Shown here: positions 21,363 through 29,896 of the stretch, piece after piece
How the letters are laid out: the number at the start of each line of letters is the position of its first letter
How positions within the stretch are numbered: the first letter of the stretch is position 1
NCBI GenBank assembly: GCA_963761825.1
Contig: CAVXIH010000005.1
Location: 160,303 to 224,302 of the forward strand
DNA length: 64,000 nt
Direction: 5' to 3'
DNA from: an uncultured Acidobacteriota bacterium
GTDB taxonomy: Bacteria > Acidobacteriota > UBA6911
Translations under genes and position numbers: made by a program
Notes under the pieces: model-generated
Seen by the model: only the letters and a program-made list of their open reading frames with translations
What the model was told of the DNA's origin: nothing
The model's database searches: none

Positions 21363-22029
21363 CTACTTAAGATCTTCCCGGACCAGTTTGCGCAATCCGC
21401 CATCGCGGGACTTTGACCAATCCACCGGCTCCATGATGACTTCATACTGGTCCATGCAGCCCGTCGCTTCCAACCGGTCGACGATCAATTGCCATCCGCA
21501 CGCTATTTCGGCGTTGATTTCACAAATGCCGTTGCGCGACCCGCCGCAAGGCCCGTTCATCAGGCTCTTGGCGCAGCGCGTGACCGGGCAAATGCCACCG
21601 GTCAACGCCAGTTTGCAGTCTCCGCAGGTCTGGCAGCGCTCGCTCCAGAAACCCTTTTCCTGGACCGCGCCGATGAAATTCGTATCGATGGCCGGAAACA
21701 CTCGCTTGGCCCCGACTTTCTCGGCCACCAGCTGAACGCCGGCACCGCAGGCCATCGACAGGATCACGTCGTTGTCCTTGGCCTTTTCGAGTCAAATCCA
21801 CCAGAAATTCCGGATCGCACTGGCGCTCCTGGGTCATCTTGGTGATTTTGCACGGCTTGTGCTTTCTCATCCGGGCCAGTTCGATGATGCTTGCCAGAAC
21901 ATCGACTTCCTTCTGGCCGCCTGTGCAGCATACGGTGACGCAACCGTGGCAGCCGGCCAGCAGAATGTTTTCGCTGCCCTCCAGATACGACATTATGGTT
22001 TCAATGGGTTTTCGTTCACCAACAATCAT
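21363..22029 (-). CDS. metV: MetV (zinc-ribbon / MTHFR C-terminal-domain protein, partner of MetF). Frameshift near 21770-21790.
   Basis: C-terminal part CQTCGDCKLALTGGICPVTRCAKSLMNGPCGG (MTHFR_C-like Cys pattern). N-terminal part ILLAGCHGCVTVCCTGG lies in the overlapping ORF 21520-22098. Confidence 0.6.
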
Positions 22030-22042
22030 CTCTATTCCTCCA

Positions 22043-22144
22043 AGAACCTGTTCCAGGTTCCAGGTTCCAGGTTCATGTACATGTTTAACACGTAACACCG
22101 GCTACGTCTCAAAACCTGCAACTTGAAACCTGCAACCTGCAACT
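22043..22144. repeat. Imperfect palindrome of (CAGGTTC)n / (CCTGCAA)n 7-mer tandem units between larA-like and metV.
   Basis: gaacctgttccaggttccaggttccaggttcatgtacatg...aacctgcaacttgaaacctgcaacctgcaac. Confidence 0.7.
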
Positions 22145-23392
22145 TTATTGCGATACATACGGAATGGTCAGGCTGCCGTCCAGCAGTATGAGCACTTTCG
22201 CATCTTTGCCCTTTTCCTTGCGGGCCTCATCCAAGGCCGCCTGCAGAGTAGAAAACGGGCGGATAAATATTTTTTCCAGCAGTTGAGGTTCCAGATCCGT
22301 GACGGCCCATGTCTGAGCCCACAGGCCGACCTCGGCCATCTTCGCCGCCTTGTGATAGCCAACGACAAATTTTTTCTCGATTCGATCCAGGGCATCCTTG
22401 GGCGAACTGGCGGAACTCAGCAATCTCACGAAGGACTCTTCCCCGATACCCATGCGGCACTTGGCCACCAGCAGCAGAATGCCGCCTTCCTTAAGCGCAT
22501 ATTTCGAGTTGTCGATTCCCTTCTGAGCCTGGTACAGATCGATATCCGAGGGGAATTTCACGACAGAAACCACGATGTCCGCCTTTTGCGGAATCTTCGC
22601 CACGAACACTTCCTCGGCCTTCGACACGGCCAGTTCCATCGATTTGTAGATATCTCCGGCCGTGGCTGCATAGATGCGGTGGTTTTTGTCGAGAACCGTG
22701 CTGATGGTGAAAATTTCTTTTTTCACCGTCGAAAGCGCGTCGATCATGTCTTCGTGAACCGGATTGCCTTTCAGCTTGAGTGCGCAGGCTTCCGGTTTCA
22801 ACGCAAGCTTGTGGTTCTGCTCTATGGTTTCAAAGGAAGCGATTCCGGGCAGGAAGGATTTGCGCCCGCCGGTGTAACCGGCAAAATAGTGAGGCTCGAC
22901 GGAACTGATAATCACGATCTTATGCGCATCCACGCCCCGACGATTGACCCGCATTTCCGTGCCGTTTTTGGACGTACCCAGAAACACCATCTCATCGCGC
23001 TTCGCGTCGTGCGAATGGATGCAATCCTTGTATTTCTTGTAGTATTTCTCCGAAAAAATCTGAATGTACTCTTCTTCGGTCGGAGCCCGGTGAATTCCGG
23101 TGGCGACGATGAAGCTGACCTTGTGACCGGCGATGTCGTCCTGGATCATATCTATGATGCGGGCTGTCGGAGTAGGACGCGTGGGATCGTTGACAATAAA
23201 CAGCACGTCCCTGGCGTCCTTCAAAAACTCTTTCAAGCTCGGGGATCCGACCGGATGCGCAAGCGCCTGGCGAATGACTTCGGTTTCATCGCCGATTTCC
23301 ACTTCGTTCGGCTCGATGATGCCGAGGACACACTGCTCGTCTATCTCGGCCTCAAGCGTACCGTCTTTGCCGTAAGGAACCTGAAGTTTCAT
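22145..23392 (-). CDS. LarA-like protein (nickel-pincer cofactor 2-hydroxyacid racemase/epimerase family; DUF2088 N-terminal domain).
   Basis: 415 aa intact. VATGIHRAPT (His of the LarA 'ATGxHR' motif) and GYTGGRKSFLPGI (Lys of the 'GGxK' motif). Confidence 0.75.
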   Translation of the reverse strand: MKLQVPYGKDGTLEAEIDEQCVLGIIEPNEVEIGDETEVIRQALAHPVGSPSLKEFLKDARDVLFIVNDPTRPTPTARIIDMIQDDIAGHKVSFIVATGIHRAPTEEEYIQIFSEKYYKKYKDCIHSHDAKRDEMVFLGTSKNGTEMRVNRRGVDAHKIVIISSVEPHYFAGYTGGRKSFLPGIASFETIEQNHKLALKPEACALKLKGNPVHEDMIDALSTVKKEIFTISTVLDKNHRIYAATAGDIYKSMELAVSKAEEVFVAKIPQKADIVVSVVKFPSDIDLYQAQKGIDNSKYALKEGGILLLVAKCRMGIGEESFVRLLSSASSPKDALDRIEKKFVVGYHKAAKMAEVGLWAQTWAVTDLEPQLLEKIFIRPFSTLQAALDEARKEKGKDAKVLILLDGSLTIPYVSQ

Positions 23393-23437
23393 TATTCTCT
23401 CCCTTTACACTAATGGGACCGAGAGGTCGGATTTCAT

Positions 23438-23866
23438 TCATGAAGTTTTTCGCCGATTCGGTGAATTTTCCCGGGTTCCCCTGAGGAACTTCAACCACTT
23501 GAAGGCGTTTCGGGATCGATGTCCACTCGTTCCAGCGTAGCTGGTCAGAGCTTTCATACGCGCCTTCACTCTGGGGCTTCCGCCGTGTTCGCATTCATCC
23601 TCGGGGCAGCAGCAGATCAGCACGCCCCAGGCGCCCCGCTCCAGAGTTTCCAGAACGGTATGCGATTTCAGGCGACCGCTGCAGGCGGTAACCAGTATCT
23701 GATATTCCTTGCTGATCTCGAACTTATCGTAGCGCGAGGTTTGAAGGCCAGGATAGCTGGAATAGCCGCAAGAAAAAACGATGGCTTTGGCGTCCGGATT
23801 GTCCGCATTGTTGAAATAGGAATCCACTTGCTTGCAGAAGCTCATTCGGATTGGTGCCAAATCCAC
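23438..23866 (-). CDS. MvhD/FlxD-like [2Fe-2S] electron-transfer protein (methyl-viologen-reducing hydrogenase delta subunit family).
   Basis: AIVFSCGYSSYPG...ILVTACSGRLKSHTVLETLERGAWGVLICCCPEDECEHGG matches the MvhD layout (CNWCSY...C.GR...G.DGVL..GC...CH). Confidence 0.7.
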   Translation of the reverse strand: MDLAPIRMSFCKQVDSYFNNADNPDAKAIVFSCGYSSYPGLQTSRYDKFEISKEYQILVTACSGRLKSHTVLETLERGAWGVLICCCPEDECEHGGSPRVKARMKALTSYAGTSGHRSRNAFKWLKFLRGTRENSPNRRKTS

Positions 23867-24359
23867 GATTGATGCTCACGCCCTTTTCCGGACAAATATC
23901 CAGGCAACTGCCGCAGCTCTGGCATTTAAGCCGATCGGTTACGACCTTGCCGTCGACAAAACTTCGAGCTTCATGCTTGCACATGCGGATGCAATTCAGG
24001 CAGCGGGCGCACACATCATGGTCCGTCATAGACGTCGTTCCGACGACATCGAAACCGGCCTCCAGGAAGTATGCCCGGGCGTCATTGTAGACGTCCTGAA
24101 GCGGGACTCCCGACGAACAAGCTTTCGCGCAGCGGCCGCAATGGAAACACTCAAAGATCTTGTTGGCGATATAATCGGACGGTTCAACTTCGCCGCTAAG
24201 CAATCCATAAAGCAGGATCAGCTTGCCTCTTGGGCTGTCGATTTCCCAGCGGGTGGATTTATAAATGGGGCAATGCTCGTAGCAGTATCCGCATCGGATG
24301 CACTTGTTGAGAGCGCCCTTCCACTTTTCCAGTTTCTCAAACTTGTTAGTCTCAGTCAT
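23724..24359 (-). CDS. Iron-sulfur protein with four CxxCxxCxxxC(P) motifs (HdrC / GlcF-N-terminal-like), no CCG domain. The 3' end is uncertain and overlaps mvhD.
   Basis: CIRCGYCYEHCP...EIDSPRGKLILL; CFHCGRCAKAC; CARCLNCIRMC; CQSCGSCLDICP. The last 50 codons overlap the MvhD ORF in another frame. Confidence 0.6.
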   Translation of the reverse strand: MTETNKFEKLEKWKGALNKCIRCGYCYEHCPIYKSTRWEIDSPRGKLILLYGLLSGEVEPSDYIANKIFECFHCGRCAKACSSGVPLQDVYNDARAYFLEAGFDVVGTTSMTDHDVCARCLNCIRMCKHEARSFVDGKVVTDRLKCQSCGSCLDICPEKGVSINRGFGTNPNELLQASGFLFQQCGQSGRQSHRFFLRLFQLSWPSNLALR

Positions 24360-24371
24360 TGTTCAACCTGC

Positions 24372-25802
24372 TTATGATGATTGATAACGTAAGGTGGTGG
24401 CTTCGACCCAGTCGTCAGGGCCATCCATCAGCTTTCCGGGATTCATTATGTTATTCGGATCAAACGCCCTTTTAATCGCGCGCATCAGATCCAGAGAGGC
24501 CGCTTTTTCTTTCCGGAAAGCAGCCGCTTTGGACAATCCGATGCCGTGCTCCGCAGACGTGGTTCCGCCGACGGAACGGACAAAATCGTAGATCTCCGCC
24601 ACGGCTGCGCGCGCGGACTCCCAAGAGATTTGCTTATCAGTATCCATCAGGATTTTTGTGTGCATACAGCCGGCACCGCAGTGGCCGTATGCCGTCATGA
24701 CGAGGCCATGCTTTTCCGCCACTTCGTGAATTTTGTCGGCAGTCTCCGCCATCTTGGAGAAAGGCACCGCCATATCGTCGGCCAGAGACGTGGAAGCAAG
24801 GCGTTCGTCGTATTTTGAAAGCGCGGGGAAGAGCTTGGCGCGTCCGGCCCAAATACGGGCCCTTTCCTTCTCCTCGTAGCTGCTTTCAATGCCAAAGCAG
24901 TTGTGTTTCTCGCAGATGGTCTGGATCTTTGTCATCTCGGCGTCAATCACATCTTTGGTCATGCCGTCGGCTTCAAAAAGCAGGATCGCTTCCACTTCCG
25001 GCAAACCGAGGTTTGCGGCCTTGTTGGCGGCAATAATGGCGATTTTGTCGATGAGCTCGAGCATCGAAGGTTGGCAGCCGCTGCCCATAATTTCGGAAAT
25101 GGCGTTGCCGGCCTCGGATAATATGTTGAACTTGGCAATACCCAGGCAGCGCAGCTTGGGTATGGGCACAAAACGCAAACACGCTTCGACGATCACGGCC
25201 AGCGTTCCTTCGGACCCTACCATGAGGCGTTCCAGCGCATATCCGGAAGCCGCCACACGCGTAGAGGATCCAAAAGAGAGACACTCTCCGTTAGGCATGA
25301 CTACCTTCATTGCCAGGATCGCATCGCGCGCCGCGCCATATTTGACGGAGCGTCCTCCGGATGCATTATTTGCGATTTCTCCGCCAATGGTTGCCGCCAC
25401 GCTGGAAGCCGGAGTCGGCGGATAGAAAACTCCATAGGGCTTGAGGGCTCTATTGAGATCGTCATCGATCACTCCCGGCTCCACACGGCAGTAGCCGTCC
25501 TGGGGATTAATTTCGAGAATGCGATTCATGCCCTTCATATCCAGGATGATGCCGCCCTGGATAGGGACGACCTGCCCGCACATCCCCGAGCCGGAACCCC
25601 GCGGAATTACCGGGATCTTTTCGCTATTGGCATAGCGCATTAATGCCTGGACCTGTTCCGTGTTTTCCGGCCTGACAATGGCATCCGGCAGAGCTTCATG
25701 CACCGAGGAGTCGGAGCCGTACACATAGAGGTCGGCCCGGTTGTTCAGCACGTTGTTTTCACCAACGATTTCTTTCAGTTTTTCAATATTTACAGAACTC
25801 AT
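24372..25802 (-). CDS. FAD-linked oxidase, GlcD / D-lactate dehydrogenase family.
   Basis: 476 aa intact. FAD-binding PCMH domain (PVIPRGSGSGMCGQVVP). C-terminal HGIGLSKAAAFRKEKAA...NPGKL characteristic of GlcD/Dld. Confidence 0.85.
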   Translation of the reverse strand: MSSVNIEKLKEIVGENNVLNNRADLYVYGSDSSVHEALPDAIVRPENTEQVQALMRYANSEKIPVIPRGSGSGMCGQVVPIQGGIILDMKGMNRILEINPQDGYCRVEPGVIDDDLNRALKPYGVFYPPTPASSVAATIGGEIANNASGGRSVKYGAARDAILAMKVVMPNGECLSFGSSTRVAASGYALERLMVGSEGTLAVIVEACLRFVPIPKLRCLGIAKFNILSEAGNAISEIMGSGCQPSMLELIDKIAIIAANKAANLGLPEVEAILLFEADGMTKDVIDAEMTKIQTICEKHNCFGIESSYEEKERARIWAGRAKLFPALSKYDERLASTSLADDMAVPFSKMAETADKIHEVAEKHGLVMTAYGHCGAGCMHTKILMDTDKQISWESARAAVAEIYDFVRSVGGTTSAEHGIGLSKAAAFRKEKAASLDLMRAIKRAFDPNNIMNPGKLMDGPDDWVEATTLRYQSS

Positions 25803-26030
25803 CGACCCACCCTCTTAGATAAAAGCACCGGCTTACGGCCGGTGGTGGAAAACATTTTAGCGCATGCCGTTATTTGGAGGAGCAATGTGCACCAGGAAGG
25901 TATTGCCCACCTTGCAGCAAGATACCCTCAACCCAAAGTATTTAAATTAGCATACTGCCGCAGGAAGATACCAAACTTTTTCCGGTTTTCGACCATTTCA
26001 TCCACACCGCCAGGTAATCCCCATGGCTCC

Positions 26031-26138
26031 CCAAAATCGGGGTCCGGGTCGGAATCGGGGTCGGAATTGAAAAAAACCTTATCCAGTGATTATTGTACCG
26101 GTTTTAGAACCGACGCCGATACCGACCTGACCCGACAA
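26031..26138. repeat. Imperfect palindrome of (TCGGGG/TCGGAA)n and (CCGATA/CCGACC)n units abutting the aceE stop codon.
   Basis: caaaatcggggtccgggtcggaatcggggtcggaattg...ttttagaaccgacgccgataccgacctgacccgacaatt. Confidence 0.65.
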
Positions 26139-28832
26139 TTAGCTATCGATGGGAGGATTAAGCGGATCGGGTTTTTCCGGATCGATGCCCAAGTCGCGGA
26201 TTGCCGCCGCGACTTCACGCGTTGGGATCAAACCATCTTGCGCGAGCGCGTGCAGCGCGGCAACTGCAATGCTCTCGGCATCCACTTCGAAAAAGCGCCG
26301 CAGCGCCTCACGCGTGTCGCTCCGGCCATAGCCGTCTGTGCCAAGCGCAACGTAGCGCTGCATCACCCAGGGCCGGATCAGATCCGGGATGGTTTTCATG
26401 AAATCCGTGACGGCAATAACGGGACCCGGCGCATCCCGCAGCACCGCGACCACATGCGGCACGCGAGGATCGGATTCCGGATGCAGCCGGTTCCAGCGAT
26501 CGGCAGTCAGCGCTTCATTGCGCAATTGCTGGTAGCTGGGTGCGCTCCATACATCCGCCGAAACCTTGAATTTTTCCGCGAGCATCGCCTGCGCCTTCAG
26601 CACGGAGGGCATGATGGCTCCGCTGCCGAACAGCTGGACGTGACGATTCAGTTTTGCGGACGCCGGCCGGAACAGATAGAGGCCCTTGATAATCCCTTCC
26701 TCCACGCCTTCGGGCATCGGCGGATGAAAGATGTTTTCGTTGTACAGCGTGAGGTAGTAGAAAACGTCTTCCTCCTTCTCATACATCCGCTTAAGCCCGT
26801 CCTTAACGATCATGGCCACTTCAAACGCGAAAGCGGGATCGTACGCGCGCAGATTCGGGATCACGGATGCCAGGACCTGACTGTGGCCGTCCTGGTGCTG
26901 CAGGCCTTCGCCGTTCAGAGTCGTGCGCCCTGCCGTCGCACCCATAGCAAACCCTTTGCCGCGGGCATCCCCGAACGCCCAGAAGAGATCGCCGGTGCGC
27001 TGGAATCCGAACATGGAATAGAAAATATAAAACGGGATCATGGGCTCGCCGTGCGTGGCATAACTCGTTCCGGCCGCAGTGAAGCTGGCCGTGCTCCCGG
27101 ATTCCGTGATCCCCTCTTCCAGTATTTGCCCCTCCTTCGATTCGCTATAGCTGAGAAGCATTCCCGCATCCACCGGTTCATAGACCTGCCCCATCGAGGA
27201 GTAGATGCCGAATTCCCTAAACATGGAATCCATGCCAAACGTCCTTGCTTCATCCGGGATGATCGGCACGATGCGCCGGCCAATCTCCTTGTCGCGCATC
27301 AGCATCCGCAACAGCCGGACAAATGCCATCGTGGTCGAAACTTCCCGCCCTGTCCCGGTCCCCAGTTTGAACTCGTCGTACAAATCGGACGCGGGCACCT
27401 CGAGCGGTTTGCCGCGGTGGATGCGCCGAGGCAACGGACCGCCTAAGGCGCTGCGCCGCTCAAGCAGATATTGAATCTCCGGACTTTTCGATCCCGGATG
27501 ATAGTAGGGCGCTTCTTCCAGCTGCCGGTCGGTGAGGGGCAACTCCAACAGGTTGCGGAATTCGCGCAGTTGGTCCAAATTCATCTTCTTCAGCTGATGG
27601 GTGACGTTCTTTCCTAAAAATCCCTCGCCCAGAGCCCAGCCTTTCACGGTCTTTGCCAGTATGACGGTCGGGGATCCTTTGTGTTCGACGGCCAGCTTGT
27701 AGGCGGAATGCAGTTTGCGGGAATCGTGGCCGCCGCGGCGAAGGTTCTGCAGATCCCGGTCGCTCAGGTGCTCGACCAGTTTGCGCAGGCGCGGATCCGG
27801 CCCGAAGAACCGCTCGCGGATATAATCGCCTTTTGCCGTCGCATATTTCTGGTACGCTCCGTCCACCGTTTCGTTCATTTTCTCCCGCAGCACTCCGTCC
27901 TGATCTCTGCGCAGTAAGTCATCCCATTCTCTGCCCCAGATCACTTTAATGACGTTCCATCCGGCGCCGCGAAAGACCATCTCGAGTTCCTGAATAATTT
28001 TGCCGTTGCCGCGCACGGGACCGTCCAACCGCTGCAGATTGCAGTTCACCACAAAGGTAAGGTTGTCCAGCTTTTCGCGTGATGCCAGGAAAAGCGATCC
28101 CAAAGCCTCGGGCTCATCGCACTCACCGTCGCCCAGGAAACACCAGACCCGCGAATTTTCGGTATTGGCGAAGCCGCGCGCCTGCAGATAGCGATTGAAT
28201 CGCGCCTGGTAAATAGCGGTGAGAGGTCCCAGGCCCATCGAAACCGAGGGGAATTCCCAGAAGTGCGGCATCAGGCGGGGATGAGGGTACGAGGAAAGGC
28301 CTTGCCCGGGTATCGCCTCGCGGCGAAAGCTGTCCATCTGGGCTTCGGTTATGCGCCCTTCCAGGAACGCGCGCGCATAGATTCCCGGAGATGCGTGCCC
28401 CTGGAAAAAGATCTGGTCGCCGGAAGCTCCGTTATCTTTGCCGCGAAAAAAATGATTGAAACCCACGTCATACAGCGAAGCGGTGGAAGCATAGGTCGAA
28501 ATGTGCCCGCCGATTCCGTCGTAATGCTTGTTCGCCCGCGTCACCAGCACAACGGCATTCCAGCGTTCGAGTCGGCGGATTCTTTTCTCCATCGCCTCGT
28601 CGCCGGCGAAAGAAGGCTCCTGATCGGGAGGGATGGTATTGATATAGGGAGTCTGCACAAGCTCGGGGACGCCCAGGTTGAGCGCCCGCGCCCGCTGCAT
28701 CAAGATGCGAACGAGGGAACGCGCACGATAAACACCTCGATCCTTTACAACCGAAAGCAGCGAATCCATCCATTCCTGCGTTTCCGCAGGGTCGGAATCA
28801 GGCAGTTGCTGGTTTGGGATAATCATTCTCAT
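26139..28832 (-). CDS. aceE: Pyruvate dehydrogenase E1 component (homodimeric type).
   Basis: 897 aa intact. N-terminal DPAETQEWMDSL, a ThDP-binding GDGE..EPE motif, and overall AceE architecture. Confidence 0.95.
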   Translation of the reverse strand: MRMIIPNQQLPDSDPAETQEWMDSLLSVVKDRGVYRARSLVRILMQRARALNLGVPELVQTPYINTIPPDQEPSFAGDEAMEKRIRRLERWNAVVLVTRANKHYDGIGGHISTYASTASLYDVGFNHFFRGKDNGASGDQIFFQGHASPGIYARAFLEGRITEAQMDSFRREAIPGQGLSSYPHPRLMPHFWEFPSVSMGLGPLTAIYQARFNRYLQARGFANTENSRVWCFLGDGECDEPEALGSLFLASREKLDNLTFVVNCNLQRLDGPVRGNGKIIQELEMVFRGAGWNVIKVIWGREWDDLLRRDQDGVLREKMNETVDGAYQKYATAKGDYIRERFFGPDPRLRKLVEHLSDRDLQNLRRGGHDSRKLHSAYKLAVEHKGSPTVILAKTVKGWALGEGFLGKNVTHQLKKMNLDQLREFRNLLELPLTDRQLEEAPYYHPGSKSPEIQYLLERRSALGGPLPRRIHRGKPLEVPASDLYDEFKLGTGTGREVSTTMAFVRLLRMLMRDKEIGRRIVPIIPDEARTFGMDSMFREFGIYSSMGQVYEPVDAGMLLSYSESKEGQILEEGITESGSTASFTAAGTSYATHGEPMIPFYIFYSMFGFQRTGDLFWAFGDARGKGFAMGATAGRTTLNGEGLQHQDGHSQVLASVIPNLRAYDPAFAFEVAMIVKDGLKRMYEKEEDVFYYLTLYNENIFHPPMPEGVEEGIIKGLYLFRPASAKLNRHVQLFGSGAIMPSVLKAQAMLAEKFKVSADVWSAPSYQQLRNEALTADRWNRLHPESDPRVPHVVAVLRDAPGPVIAVTDFMKTIPDLIRPWVMQRYVALGTDGYGRSDTREALRRFFEVDAESIAVAALHALAQDGLIPTREVAAAIRDLGIDPEKPDPLNPPIDS

Positions 28833-28879
28833 ATGTTATGAGAAAACCAAGCCAGTTCCAAGAAATACAATGTCCGACA

Positions 28880-29047
28880 GCCCGCACGTCGGATCGGTAT
28901 CGGTATCGGTATCGGTATCGGGAATCGCAATCGGGCATCGGCTTTTTATTTCGGCCGTTGAGAGAAAAAACCGAAAACCGATTGCGAGTTGCGATTCCCG
29001 ATACCGATAGCGATACCGATACCGATTCCGACGGCTGTGCGGGTCAG
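28880..29047. repeat. Large near-perfect palindrome (about 70-bp arms) built from (CGGTAT)n / (ATACCG)n hexamers. Located in the divergent aceE / murU-like intergenic region.
   Basis: gcccgcacgtcggatcggtatcggtatcggtatcggtatcgggaatcgcaatcgggcatcgg ... ccgattgcgagttgcgattcccgataccgatagcgataccgataccgattccgacggctgtgcgggtc. The spurious ORF 28838-29107 (RYRYRYRY...DTDSDTDTDSD) is its translation. Confidence 0.8.
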
Positions 29048-29167
29048 GGCGCCCGAATATTAACGCGTCTATGTATGGGCACAGCGGAACCTATGATTTA
29101 TCCATAGCAATCCGTCTTAATCCGCAGTTAAATGTTTTGGCGGCGGCACACATACACAGGAGACGGA

Positions 29168-29896
29168 ATGGCCGGACGACGATTTAAAACTGCATTTATC
29201 CTGGGCGCCGGGCTGGGCACGCGCTTGCGGCCCTTAACGGAGAGATGTCCGAAGCCGCTGCTGGAAATCGGAGGCCGGCCCATCATCACGTATGCCATGG
29301 ATCATCTCCTCAGCGCCGGCGTGGAGCGGTTTATTGTCAACACGCACCATTGCCCGGACGTATACCTGCAAAAGTTTCCCGACATGCAGTGGCGCGGCGC
29401 GCCCATTGTGTTTCGCCATGAGCCTGTGCTGCTGGATACGGCGGGAGGGCTGAAAAACATCGAGGATCTTCTCAGCGATGACAAGACGATTCTCTGCTAT
29501 AACGGCGATATCATCGCCGATTTCCCGCTGCAAGGTCTTCTCGAGCTGCACGAACAGAAGCAACCGGAAGCGACGATGGTCCTGCGCAGCCGAGGGCCTC
29601 TGCTCAACGTAAGCGTGAATGCGCGCGGCGAAGTCTGCGACCTCCGAAACGCTTTGAACCATCCCGGCGCACAAAGCTGCCTCTTCACCGGAATCTATGC
29701 CCTGGAAACTTCCCTGCTGCGCCACATCGAAGCCGGCCGGATCGAGAGCATTATTAACCCTTTTCTTCAAAGAATTGCCAGCAAGCCTGGATCTATTTTG
29801 GGTATTATTATCGACGAAGGAAATTGGCAGGACATCGGATCCCTTGAAATTTACGAGCAACTGAAAATCCGAACAGGAATCCTGGAGGAGCGTTGA
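29168..29896 (+). CDS. murU: Sugar-1-phosphate nucleotidyltransferase, MurU-like (N-acetylmuramate-1-phosphate uridylyltransferase family).
   Basis: AFILGAGLGTRLRPLTERCPKPLL nucleotidyltransferase signature. Overlaps an AmgK-like kinase gene by 4 nt. Confidence 0.6.
   Translation: MAGRRFKTAFILGAGLGTRLRPLTERCPKPLLEIGGRPIITYAMDHLLSAGVERFIVNTHHCPDVYLQKFPDMQWRGAPIVFRHEPVLLDTAGGLKNIEDLLSDDKTILCYNGDIIADFPLQGLLELHEQKQPEATMVLRSRGPLLNVSVNARGEVCDLRNALNHPGAQSCLFTGIYALETSLLRHIEAGRIESIINPFLQRIASKPGSILGIIIDEGNWQDIGSLEIYEQLKIRTGILEER

Noticed and set aside
22148-23413. 421-aa plus-strand ORF, and the 277-aa plus-strand ORF at 20493-21326
   Set aside because: They are antisense to the larA-like gene and to metF respectively. 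Their composition is Arg/Gly/His-rich and typical of GC-rich antisense frames.
23724-23866. Reading the TGA four codons upstream of the mvhD-like start as a second selenocysteine site
   Set aside because: There is no Cys/UxxC context and no downstream hairpin. The upstream frame there is the low-complexity tail of the Fe-S ORF. This is most likely an ordinary stop.
25698-27446. 582-aa plus-strand ORF
   Set aside because: It is antisense to intact aceE (a GC-rich gene gives long open antisense frames). It has no domain-like sequence, whereas the aceE frame has unmistakable E1 motifs.
28838-29107. 89-aa ORF translating as ...RYRYRYRYRESQSGIGF...DTDSDTDTDSDG
   Set aside because: It is the conceptual translation of the (CGGTAT)n palindrome. 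The low-complexity dipeptide repeats have no plausible function. It is a repeat element, not a gene.
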